The translations under genes were made by a program, and so were the position numbers. Shown here piece after piece: positions 50,101 to 62,700 of a DNA stretch of 64,000 bases. Source of the DNA: Squalus acanthias (Eukaryota); contig JASTWF010000244.1 of NCBI GenBank assembly GCA_030390025.1, forward strand, positions 496,001 through 560,000, read 5' to 3'. Each line of letters begins with the position of its first letter. The stretch's first letter is position 1. Under the pieces are notes generated by a model. That model made no database searches. It worked only from the letters and a program-made list of their open reading frames with translations, and was not told where the DNA came from.

Positions 50101-51023
50101 CATGTTCTCGCCGGCCCCTGCCTCCGGTTAGACCTGGATCATGTTCTCCCCGGCCTCTCCCTCCCGTTAGTCCTGGATAATATTCTCCCCGGCCTCTCCC
50201 TCCCGTGAGACCTGGATCATGTTCTCCCCGGCCCCTCCCTCCCGTTAGATCTGGATTATGTTCTCCCGACCTTTCCCTACCGTTAGACCTGGATCATGTT
50301 CTCCCCGGCTCCTCCCTCCCGTTAGATCTGGATCATGTTTCCCCGGCCCCTCCCTCCCGTTAGATCTCGATCATGTTCTCCCGGCCTTTCCCTCCCGTAA
50401 GACCTGCATCATGTTCTCCCCGGCCCCTCCCTCCCATTAGACCTGGATCATGTTCTCACCGGCCCTTCCCTCCCATTAGACCTGGATCATGTTCTTCCCG
50501 GCCCCTCCCTCCCGTTAGACCTGGATCATGTTCTCCCCGGCCTCTCCCTCCCGTTAGACCTGGATCATGTTCTCCCCTGCCCCTCCCTCCCATTAGACCT
50601 GGATCATGTTCTCCCGGCCCCTCCCTCCCATTAGATCTGGATCATGTTTCCCCCGGCCCCTCCCTCCCGTTAGATCTGGATCATTTTCTCCCGGCCTCTC
50701 CCTCCCGTTAGACCTGGATCATTTTCTCCCCGGCCCCTCCCTCCTGTTACACCTGGATCTTGTTCTCCCCGGCCCCTCCCTCCCGTTAGATCTGGATCAT
50801 GTTCTCCCCGGCTCCTCCTTCCCATTAGATCTGGATCATGTTCTCCTGGCCCCTCCCTCCTGTTAGATCTGGATCATGTTCTCCCCGGCCCCTCCCTCCC
50901 ATTAGACCTGGATCATGTTCTCCCCGGTCCCTCCCTCCCGTTAGACCTGGATCATGTTATCCCCGGCCCCTCCCATTAGACCTGGATCATGTTCTCCCCG
51001 GCCCCTCCCGTTAGACCTGGATC

Positions 51024-52192
51024 ATGTTGTCCCCGGCCCCTCCCGTTAGACCTGGATCATGTCCCCCCCCGGCCCCTCCAGTTAGATCTGGATCATGTTC
51101 CCCCCGGCCCCTCCCTTCCATTAGAACTGGATCATGTTCTCCCTGGCCCCTCGCTCCCGTTAGACCTGGATCTTGTTCTCCCCGGCTCCTCCTTCCCATT
51201 AGATCTGGATCAGGTTCTCCTGGCCCCTCCCTCCCGTTAGACCTGGATCATGATCTACCAGACCCTCCCTCCCATTACACCCGGATCATGTACTCCCCGG
51301 CCCCTCCCAGTAGACCTGGATCATGTTCTCCCAGGCCTCTCCCGTTAGACCTGGATCATGTTCTTCCCGGCCCCTCCCTCCCGTTAGACCTGGATCATGG
51401 TCTCCCGGCCCCACCCTTCCGTTAGACCTGGATCATGTTCTCCCCGGCCCCTCCCGTTAGACCTGGATCATGTTCCCCCCGGCCCCTCCCGTTAGACCTG
51501 GATCATGTTCTCCCTGGCCCCTCCCATTAGACCTGGATCAGATTCACCCCGGCCCCTCCCTCCCGTTAGACCTGGATCACGGTCTCCCGGCCCCTCCCTC
51601 CCGTTAGACCTGGATCACGGTCTCCCGGACCCTCCCTCCCGTTAGTCCTGGATCATGTCCTCCCGGCCCCTCCCTCCCGTTGGATCTGGATCATGTTCTC
51701 CCCATTCTCTCCCTCCGGTTAGACATGGATCATGTTCTCCCCGGCCCCTCCCTCCCATTAGACCTGGATCATGTTCTCCCGGACCCTCCCTCCCGTTACA
51801 CCTGGATCATGTTATCCCCGGCCCCTGCCATTAGACCTGGATCATGTTCTCCCTGGCCCCTCCTGTTGAACCTGGATCATGTTCCCCCCGGCCCCTCCCT
51901 TCCATTAGAACTGGATCATGTTCTCCCTGGCCCCTCGCTCCCGTTAGACCTGGATCTTGTTCTCCCCGGCTCCTCCTTCCCATTAGATCTGAATCATGTT
52001 CTCCTGGCCCCTCCCTCCCGTTAGACCTGGATCATGTTCTCCCAGACCCTCCCTCCCGTTACTCCCGGATCATGTACTCCCCGGTCCCTCCCATTAGACA
52101 TGGATCATGTTCTCCCCGGCCCCTCCCGTTAGACCTGGATCATGTTCCCCCCGGCCCCTGCCGTTAAACCTGGATCATGTTCTCCCCGGCCC
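51024..52192 (+). repeat. Left copy of the 1,169-bp direct duplication flanking the SINE
   Basis: Diagnostic variant monomers recur at a constant +1592 offset (ORFs 51024/52616 and 51844/53436). Confidence 0.9.
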
Positions 52193-52615
52193 GTGGCATA
52201 GTGGTTAGCACTGGTGCCTCACAGCGCCAGAGACCCGGGTTCGAATCTGACCTCGGGTGACTGTCTGTGTGGAGTTTGCACATTCTCCCCGTGTCTGCGT
52301 GGGTTTCCTCCGGGTGCTCCGGTTTCCTCCCACAGTCCAAAAATGTGTGGGTTAGGTTGATTTGGCTTTGATAAATTGACCCTTAGTGTTAGGGGGAATT
52401 AAATATGTGGGGTTATGGGGATAGGATGGGATATGTTAGGGGGAATTAAATACGTGGGGTTATGGGGGTAGGGTGGGATATGTGTACTGTGGGGATTAAA
52501 GCAGGGATAGGGTACTGGATTTGGATGATCAGCCATGATCGTATTGAATGGCGGAGCAGGCTCGACGGGCCGAATGGCCTACTCCTGCTCCTAGATTCTA
52601 TGTTTCTATGTTTCT
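52193..52615 (+). mobile_element. tRNA-derived V-domain SINE (HE1-like) with a CR1/HER1-derived 3' tail
   Basis: A box TGGCATAGTGG and B box GGTTCGAATC. V-domain CTGTGTGGAGTTTGCACATTCTCCCCGTGTCTGCGTGGGTTTCCTCCGGGTGCTCCGGTTTCCTCCCACAGTCCAAA. The 3' ~90 bp nearly match the CR1 tails at 1538-1620 and 14843-14938 and end in (TTCTATGT)3. Confidence 0.93.
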
Positions 52616-53784
52616 ATGTTGTCCCCGGCCCCTCCCGTTAGACCTGGATCATGTCCCCCCCCGGCCCCTCCAGTTAGATCTGGATCATGTTCCCCCCGGC
52701 CCCTCCCTTCCATTAGAACTGGATCATGTTCTCCCTGGCCCCTCGCTCCCGTTAGACCTGGATCTTGTTCTCCCCGGCTCCTCCTTCCCATTAGATCTGG
52801 ATCAGGTTCTCCTGGCCCCTCCCTCCCGTTAGACCTGGATCATGTTCTACCAGACCCTCCCTCCCATTACACCCGGATCATGTACTCCCCGGCCCCTCCC
52901 AGTAGACCTGGATCATGTTCTCCCAGGCCTCTCCCGTTAGACCTGGATCATGTTCTTCCCGGCCCCTCCCTCCCGTTAGACCTGGATCATGGTCTCCCGG
53001 CCCCACCCTTCCGTTAGACCTGGATCATGTTCTCCCCGGCCCCTCCCGTTAGACCTGGATCATGTTCCCCCCGGCCCCTCCCGTTAGACCTGGATCATGT
53101 TCTCCCTGGCCCCTCCCATTAGACCTGGATCAGATTCACCCCGGCCCCTCCCTCCCGTTAGACCTGGATCACGGTCTCCCGGCCCCTCCCTCCCGTTAGA
53201 CCTGGATCACGGTCTCCCGGACCCTCCCTCCCGTTAGTCCTGGATCATGTCCTCCCGGCCCCTCCCTCCCGTTAGATCTGGATCATGTTCTCCCCATTCT
53301 CTCCCTCCGGTTAGACATGGATCATGTTCTCCCCGGCCCCTCCCTCCCATTAGACCTGGATCATGTTCTCCCGGACCCTCCCTCCCGTTACACCTGGATC
53401 ATGTTATCCCCGGCCCCTGCCATTAGACCTGGATCATGTTCTCCCTGGCCCCTCCTGTTGAACCTGGATCATGTTCCCCCCGGCCCCTCCCTTCCATTAG
53501 AACTGGATCATGTTCTCCCTGGCCCCTCGCTCCCGTTAGACCTGGATCTTGTTCTCCCCGGCTCCTCCTTCCCATTAGATCTGAATCATGTTCTCCTGGC
53601 CCCTCCCTCCCGTTAGACCTGGATCATGTTCTCCCAGACCCTCCCTCCCGTTACTCCCGGATCATGTACTCCCCGGTCCCTCCCATTAGACATGGATCAT
53701 GTTCTCCCCGGCCCCTCCCGTTAGACCTGGATCATGTTCCCCCCGGCCCCTGCCGTTAAACCTGGATCATGTTCTCCCCGGCCC
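52616..53784 (+). repeat. Right copy of the 1,169-bp direct duplication flanking the SINE
   Basis: Starts ATGTTGTCCCCGG exactly as at 51024 and ends ...TGCCGTTAAACCTGGATCATGTTCTCCCCGGCCC exactly as at 52192. Confidence 0.9.
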
Positions 53785-56700
53785 CTCCCTCCCGTAAGAT
53801 CTGGATCATGTTCTCCCGGCCCCTCCCTTCCGTTAGACCTGGATCATGTTCCCCCCGGCCCCTCCCATTAGATCTGGATCATGTTCTTCCCGGCCCCTCC
53901 CTCCGGTTAGACCTGGATCATGTTCTCCCAGCCCCTCCCTCCCATTAGAACTGGATCATGTTATCCCCATCCTCTCCCTCCGGTTAGACCTGGATCATGT
54001 TCTCCCTTGCCTCTACCTCCCGTTAGACCTGGATCATGTTCTCCCCAGCCCCTCCCTCCTGTTAGATCTGGATCATGTTCTCCCGACCTCTCCCTCCCGT
54101 TAGACCTGGATCATGTTCTCCCCGGCCCCTCCCTCCCATTAGATCTGGATCATGTTCCCCCCGGCCCCTCCCTCCCGTTAGATCTGGATCATGTTCTCCC
54201 GGCACCTCCCTCCCGTTAGACCTGGATCATTTTCTCCCCGGCCCCTCCCTCCTGTTACACCTGGATATTGTGCTCCCCGGCCCCTCCCTCCCGTTAAATC
54301 TGGATCATGTTCTCCCCGGCTCCTCCTTCCCATTAGATCTGGATCATGTTCTCCTGGCCCCTCCCTCCCGTTAGACCTGTAACATGTTCTCCCGGGCCCC
54401 TCCCTCCTGTTAGATCTGGATCATGTTCTCCCCGGCCCCTCCCTCCCATTAGACCTAGATCATGTTCTCCCCGGCCCCTCCCTCCCGTTAGACCTGGATA
54501 ATGTTATCCCCGGCCCCTCCCATTAGACCTGGATCATGTTCTCCCCGGCCCCTCCCGTCAGACCTGGATCTTGTTGTCCCCGGCCCCTCCCGTTAGACCT
54601 GGATCTTGTCCCCCCTGGCCCCTCCAGTTAGATCTGGATCATGTTCTCTCCGGCCCCTCCCTCCCGTTAGATCTGGATCATGTTCCCCGCGGCCCCTCCC
54701 TCCCGTTAGACCTGGATCATGTTCCCCCCGGCCCCTCCCTCCTGTTAGACCTGGATCATGTTCCCCCTGGCCCCTCCCTCCTGTTAGACCTGGATCATGT
54801 TCCCCCGACCCCTCCCATTAGACCTGGATCATGTTCTTCCCGGCCCCTCCCTCCCGTTAGATCTGGATCATGTTCTCGCCGGCCCCTCCCTCCCGTTATA
54901 CCTGGATCATGTTCTCCCCGGCCCCTTCCTCCCGTTAGATCTGGATCATGTTCTCCCCATCCTCTCCCTCCGGTTAGACATGGATCATGTTCTCCCCGGC
55001 CACTCCCTCCCATTAGACCTGGATCATGTTCTCCCCGGCCCCTTCCATCCCGTTAGACCTGGATCATGTTCTCCCCGGCCCCTACCTCCCATTAGATCTG
55101 GATCATGTTCTCCCCGGCCCCTGCCTCCGGTTAGACCTGGATCATGTTCTCCCTGGCCTCTCCCTCCCGTTAGACCTGGATAATGTTCTCCCCGGCCTCC
55201 ACCTCCCGTTAGACCTGGATCATGTTCTCCCCGGCCCCTCCCTCCCGTTAGACCTGGATCATGTTCTCCCCGGCCCCTCCCTCCCGTTAGACCTGGATCA
55301 TGTTCTCCCCGGCCCCTCCCTCCCATTAGACCTGGATCATGTTCTCCCCGGCCCCTACCTCCCGTTAGACCTGGATCATGTTCTCCCGGACCCTCCCTCC
55401 CGTTACACCTGGATCATGTTATCCCCGGCCCCTCCCATTAGACCTGGATCATGTTCTCCCCGGCCCCTCCCGTTAGACCTGGATCATGTTCCCCCCGGCC
55501 CCGCCCTTCCATTAGAACCGGATCATGTTCTCCCTGGCCCCTCGCTCCCGTTAGACCTGGATCATGTTCTACCAGACCCTCCCTCCCGTTACACCCAGAA
55601 CATGTACTCCCCGGCCCCTCCCATTAGACCTGGATCATGTTCTCCCCGGCCCCTCCCGTTAGACCTGGATCAAGTTCCCTCCGGCCCCTCCCGTTAGACC
55701 TGGATCATGTTCTCCCCGGCCCCTCCCTCCCGTTAGACCTGGATCATGGTCTCCCGGCCCCACCCTTCCGTTAGACCTGGATCATGTTTCCCCCAGCCCC
55801 TCCCATTAGATCTGGATCATGTTCTCCTGGCCCCTCCCTCCCGTTAGATCTGGATCATGTTCTCCCCATCCTCTCCCTCCGGTTAGACATGGATCATGTT
55901 CTCCCCGGCCCCTCCCTCCCGTTAGATCTGGATCATGTTATCCCGACCTCTCCCTCCCGTTAGATCTGGATCATGTTCTCCCCGGCCCATCCGTCCCATT
56001 TGACCTGGATCATGTTCTCTCCGGCCCCTCCCTCCCGTTAGATCTGGATCATGTTCTCCCGGACCCTCCCTCCTGTTAGACCTGGATCTTGTTCTACCGG
56101 CCCCTTCCTCCCGTTAGATCTGAATCATGTTCTCCCCGGCCCCTCCCATTAGACCTGGATCATGGTCTCCCCGGCCGCATCCATCCCGTTAGACCTGGAT
56201 CATGTTCTCCCCGGCCCCTCCCTCCCATTAGATCTGGATCATGTTCTCCCCGGCCCCTCCCTCCCATTAGATCTGGATCATGTTCTCGCCGGCCCCTGCC
56301 TCCGGTTAGACCTGGATCATGTTCTCCCCGGCCTCTCCCTCCCGTTAGTCCTGGATAATATTCTCCCCGGCCTCTGCCTCCTGTGAGACCTGGATCTTGT
56401 TCTCCCCGGATCCTCCTTCCCATTAGATCTGGATCATGTCCTCCCTGGCCCCTCCCGTTAAACCTGGAGCATCTTCTCCCTGGCCCCTGCCGTTAGACCT
56501 GGATCATGTTCTCCCTGGCCCCTCCCTCCTGTTAGACCTGGATCATGTTCTCCCTGGCCCTTCCCGTTAGACCTGGATCATGTTCTCCCTGCCCCCTCCC
56601 TCCCGTTAGACCTGGATCATGTTCTCCCTGGCCCCTCCCGTTAGACCTGGATCATGTCCTCCCTGGCCCCTCCCTCCCGTTAGACCTGGATCATGTTCTC

Positions 56701-59700
56701 CCCGGCCCCTCCCTCCCGTTAGACCTGGATCATGTCCTCCCTGGCCCCTCCCTCCCGTTAGACCTGGATCATGTTCTCACCGGCCCTACCCTCCCGTTAG
56801 ACCTGGATCATGTTCTTCCCGGCCCCTCCCTCCCGTTAGACCTGGATCTTGTTCTCCCCGGCCCCTCCCTTCCGTTAGACCTGGATCTTGTTCTCCCTGG
56901 ATCCTCCTTCCCATTAGACCTGGATCATGTTCTCCCCGGCCCCTCCCTTTCATTAGACCTGGATCATGTCCTCCCTGGCCCCTCCCTCCCGTTAGACCTG
57001 GATCATGTCCTCCCTGGCCCCTCCCGTTAGACCTGGATCATCTTCTCCCTGGCCCCTCCCGTTAGACCTGGATCATGTTCTCCCTGGCCCCTCCCTCCCG
57101 TTAGAACTGGATCATGTTCTCCCCGGCTCCTCCCTCCCGTTAGACCTGGATCATGTTCTCCCTAGCCCCTCCCTCCTGTCAGACCTGCATCATGTTCTCC
57201 CCGGCCCCTCCCTCCCGTTAGATCTGGATCATGTTCTCCCGGCCTCTCCCTCCCATTAAACCTGCATCATGTTCTCACCGGCCCTTCCCTCCCATTAGAC
57301 CTGGATCATGTTCTTCCCGGCCCCTCCCTCCCGTTAGACCTGGATCTTGTTCTCTCCGGCCCCTCCCTCCCGTTAGTCCTGGATCTTGTTCTCCCCGGCT
57401 CCTCCTTCCCATTATATCTGGATCATGTTCTCCTGGCCCCTCCCTCCCATTAGATTTGGATCATGTTCTCCCCGGCCCCTCCCTCCCATTAGATCTGGAT
57501 CCTGTTCTCCCTGGCCCCTCCCGTTAGACCTGGATCATGTTCTCCCTGGCCCCTCCCTCCCGTTAGACCTGGATCATGTTCTCCCCTGCCCCTCCCTCCC
57601 ATTAGATGGATCTTCTTCTCCCCGGCCCCTCCCATTAGACCTGCATCATGTTCTCCCCGGCCCCTCCCGTTAGACCTGCATCATGTTCCCCCCGGCCCCT
57701 CCCGTTAGATCTGGATCATGTTCTCCCTGGCCCCTCCCATTAGACCTGGATCATGTTCTCCCCCGCCACTCCCATTAGACCTGCATCATGTTCCCCCCGG
57801 CCCCTCCCGTTAGACCTGCATCATGTTCCCCCCGGCCCCTCCCGTTAGATCTGGATCATGTTCCCCCCGGCCCCTCCCGTTAGTTCTGGATCATGTTCTC
57901 CCCCGCCACTCCCATTAGACCTGGATCATGGTCGCCCGGCCCCTCCCTTCCGTTAGACCAGGATCATGTTTCCCCCGGCCCCTCCCACTAGATCTGGATC
58001 ATGTTCTTCCCGGCCCCTCCCTCCGGTTAGACCTGGATCATGTTCTCCCGGCCCCTCCCTCCCGTTAGATCTGGATCATGTTCTCCACATCCTCTCCCTC
58101 CGGTTAGACATGGATCTTGTTTTCCCCGGCCCCTCCCTCCCATGAGACCTGGATCATGTTCTCCCCGGCCCCTCCCTCCCTTTAGAACTGGATCATGTTC
58201 TCCCCGGCCCCTCCCTCCCATTAGACCTGGATAATGTTCTCCCCGGCCTCTACCTCCCGTCAGACCTGGATCATGTTCTCCCCGGCCCCTCCCTCCCGTT
58301 AGACCTGGATCATGTTCTCCCCGGCCCCTCCCTCCCGTTAGATCTGAATCATGTTCTCCCTGGCCCCTCCCTCCCGGTAGACCTGGATCATGTTCTCCCG
58401 GACCCTCCCTCCTGTTACACCTGGATAATGTTATCCCCGGCCTCTCCCATTAGATCTCGATCATGTTCTCCCCGGCCCCTCCCTCCCATTAGATCTGGAT
58501 CATGTTCTCACCGGCCCCTGCCTCCGGTTAGACCTGGATCATGCTCTCCTGGCCTTTCCCTCCCGTTACACCCGGATCATGTTATCCCCGGCCCCTCCAT
58601 TAGACCTGGATCATGTTCTCCCCGGCCCCTCCCATTAGACCTGGATCATGTTCTCCCCGGCCCCTCCCGTTAGACCTGGATCACGTTCTCCCTGGACCCT
58701 CCCTCCCGTTAGACCTGGATCATGTTCTCCCTGGCCCCTCCCTCCTGTTAGACCTGGATCATGTTCTCCCCAGCCCCTCCCTTCCATTAGACCTGGATCA
58801 TGTTCTCCCCGGCCCCTCCAGTTAGACCTGGATCATGTTCCCCCCGGCCCCTCCCGTTAAACCTGGAGCATCTTCTCCCTGGCCCCTGCCGTTAGACCTG
58901 GATCATGTTCTCCCTGGCCCCTCCCTCCTGTTAGACCTGGATCATGTTCTCCCTGGCCCTTCCCGTTAGACCTGGATCATGTTCTCCCTGCCCCCTCCCT
59001 CCCGTTAGACCTGGATCATGTTCTCCCTGGCCCCTCCCGTTAAACCTGGATCATGTCCTCCCTGGCCCCTCCCATTAGACCTGGATCATGTTCTCCCTGG
59101 CCCCTCCCTCCCGTTAGACCTGGATCTTGTTCTCCCCGGCCCCTCCCTCCCGTTAGACCTGGATCATGTTCTCACCGGCCCTTCCCTCCCGTTAGACCTG
59201 GATCATGTTCTTCCCGGCCCCTCCCTCCCGTTAGACCTGGATCTTGTTCTCCCCGGCCCCGCCCTCCAGTTAGACCTGGATTTTGTTCTCCCCGGATCCT
59301 CCTTCCCATTAGATCTGGATCATGTTCTCCAGGCCCCTCCCTCCCGTTAGACCTGGATCATGTCCTCCCTGGCCCTATCGTTAGACCTGGATCATGTTCT
59401 CCTGGCCCCTCCCTCCCGGTAGCCCTGGATCATGTTCTCCCAAGGCCCCTCCCTCCCGTTAGACCTGGATCATGTTCTCCCTGGCCCCTCCCTCCCGTTA
59501 GACCTGGATCATGTTCTCCCCGGCCCCTCCCTCCCGTTAGACCTGGATCATGTCCTCCCTGGCCCCTCCCTCCCGTTAGACCTGGATCATGTTCTCACCG
59601 GCCCTTCCCTCCCGTTAGACCTGGATCATGTTCTTCCCGGCCCCTCCCTCCCGTTAGACCTGGATCTTGTTCTCCCCGGCCCCTCCCTTCCGTTAGACCT

Positions 59701-62700
59701 GGATCTTGTTCTCCCTGGATCCTCCTTCCCATTAGACCTGGATCATGTTCTCCCCGGCCCCTCCCTTTCATTAGACCTGGATCATGTCCTCCCTGGCCCC
59801 TCCCTCCCGTTAGACCTGGATCATGTCCTCCCTGGCCCCTCCCGTTAGACCTGGATCATCTTCTCCCTGGCCCCTCCCGTTAGACCTGGATCATGTTCTC
59901 CCTGGCCCCTCCCTCCCGTTAGAACTGGATCATGTTCTCCCCGGCTCCTCCCTCCCGTTAGACCTGGATCATGTTCTCCCTAGCCCCTCCCTCCTGTCAG
60001 ACCTGCATCATGTTCTCCCCGGATCCTCCCTCCCGTTAGATCTGGATCATGTTCTCCCGGCCTCTCCCTCCCATTAAACCTGCATCATGTTCTCACCGGC
60101 CCTTCCCTCCCATTAGACCTGGATCATGTTCTTCCCGGCCCCTCCCTCCCGTTAGACCTGGATCTTGTTCTCTCCGGCCCCTCCCTCCCGTTAGACCTGG
60201 ATCTTGTTCTCCCCGGCTCCTCCTTCCCATTATATCTGGATCATGTTCTCCTGGCCCCTCCCTCCCATTAGATTTGGATCATGTTCTCCCCGGCCCCTCC
60301 CTCCCATTAGATCTGGATCCTGTTCTCCCTGGCCCCTCCCGTTAGACCTGGATCATGTTCTCCCTGGCCCCTCCCTCCCGTTAGACCTGGATCATGTTCT
60401 CCCCTGCCCCTCCCTCCCATTAGATGGATCTTCTTCTCCCCGGCCCCTCCCATTAGACCTGCATCATGTTCTCCCCGGCCCCTCCCGTTAGACCTGCATC
60501 ATGTTCCCCCCGGCCCCTCCCGTTAGATCTGGATCATGTTCTCCCTGGCCCCTCCCATTAGACCTGGATCATGTTCTCCCCCGCCACTCCCATTAGACCT
60601 GGATCATGGTCGCCCAGCCCCTCCCTTCCGTTAGACCAGGATCATGTTCTCCCGGCCCCTCCCTCCCGTTAGATCTGGATCATGTTCTCCACATCCTCTC
60701 CCTCCGGTTAGACATGGATCATGTTCTCCCCCGCCCCTCCCTCCCATGAGACCTGGATCATGTTCTCCCTGGCCCCTCCCTCCCTTTAGAACTGGATCAT
60801 GTTCTCCCCGGCCCCTCCCTCCCATTAGACCTGGATAATGTTCTCCCCGGCCTCTACCTCCCGTCAGACCTGGATCATGTTCTCCCCGGCCCCTCCCTCC
60901 CGTTAGACCTGGATCATGTTCTCCCCGGCCCCTCCCTCCCGTTAGATCTGAATCATGTTCTCCCTGGCCCCTCCCTCCCGTTAGACCTGGATCATGTTCT
61001 CCCGGACCCTCCCTCCTGTTACACCTGGATAATGTTATCCCCGGCCTCTCCCATTAGATCTGGATCATGTTCTCCCCGGCCCCTCCCTCCCATTAGATCT
61101 GGATCATGTTCTCACCGGCCCCTGCCTCCGGTTAGACCTGGATCATGCTCTCCCGGCCTTTCCCTCCCGTTACACCCGGATCATGTTATCCCCGGCCCCT
61201 CCATTAGACCTGGATCATGTTCTCCCCGGCCCCTCCCATTAGACATGGATCATGTTCTCCCCGGCCCCTCCCGTTAGACCTGGATCACGTTCTCCCTGGA
61301 CCCTCCCTCCCGTTAGACCTGGATCATGTTCTCCCTGGCCCCTCCATCCTGTTAGACCTGGATCATGTTCTCCCCAGCCCCTCCCTTCCATTAGACCTGG
61401 ATCATGTTCTCCCCGGCCCCTCCAGTTAGACCTGGATCATGTTCCCCCCGGCCCCTCCCGTTAGACCTGGATCATATTCTCCCTGGCCCCTCCCATTAGA
61501 CCTGGATCAGATTCACCCCAGCCCCTCCCTCCCGTTAGACCTGGATCACGGTCTCCCGGCCCCTCCCTCCCGTTTGACCTGGATCACGGTCTCCCGGACC
61601 CTCCCTCCCGTTAGTCCTGGATCATGTCCTCCCGGCCCCTCCCTCCCGTTAGATCTGGATCATGTTCTCCCCATTCTCTCCCTCCGGTTAGACATGGATC
61701 ATGTTCTCCCCGGTCCCTTCCATCCCGTTAGATCTGGATCATGTTCTCCCCGGCCCCTCCGTCCCATTAGACCTGGATCTTGTTCTCTCGGCCCCTCCCT
61801 CCCGTTAGACCTGGATCATGTTCTCACCGGCCCTTCCCTCCCGTTAGACCTGGATCATGTTCTTCCCGGCCCCTCCCTCCCGTTAGACCTGGATCTTGTT
61901 CTCCCCGGCCCCGCCCTCCAGTTAGACCTGGATTTTGTTCTCCCCGGATCCTCCTTCCCATTAGATCTGGATCATGTTCTCCAGGCCCCTCCCTCCCGTT
62001 AGACCTGGATCATGTCCTCCCTGGCCCTATCGTTAGACCTGGATCATGTTCTCCTGGCCCCTCCCTCCCGGTAGCCCTGGATCATGTTCTCCCAAGGCCC
62101 CTCCCTCCCGTTAGACCTGGATCATGTTCTCCCTGGCCCCTCCCTCCCGTTAGACCTGGATCATGTTCTCCCCGGCCCCTCCCTCCCGTTAGACCTGGAT
62201 CATGTCCTCCCTGGCCCCTCCCTCCCGTTAGACCTGGATCATGTTCTCACCGGCCCTTCCCTCCCGTTAGACCTGGATCATGTTCTTCCCGGCCCCTCCC
62301 TCCCGTTAGACCTGGATCTTGTTCTCCCCGGCCCCTCCCTTCCGTTAGACCTGGATCTTGTTCTCCCTGGATCCTCCTTCCCATTAGACCTGGATCATGT
62401 TCTCCCCGGCCCCTCCCTTTCATTAGACCTGGATCATGTCCTCCCTGGCCCCTCCCTCCCGTTAGACCTGGATCATGTCCTCCCTGGCCCCTCCCGTTAG
62501 ACCTGGATCATCTTCTCCCTGGCCCCTCCCGTTAGACCTGGATCATGTTCTCCCTGGCCCCTCCCTCCCGTTAGAACTGGATCATGTTCTCCCCGGCTCC
62601 TCCCTCCCGTTAGACCTGGATCATGTTCTCCCTAGCCCCTCCCTCCTGTCAGACCTGCATCATGTTCTCCCCGGCCCCTCCCTCCCGTTAGATCTGGATC

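Noticed and set aside
52193-52260. tRNA gene (also 20030-20110)
   Set aside because: The A/B boxes belong to SINE/LINE heads followed by retroposon bodies, and no complete cloverleaf is evident.
52280-52295. Satellite derived from the SINE V-domain (shared TTCTCCCCG)
   Set aside because: Only ~9 bp of low-complexity identity, too little to support common origin.
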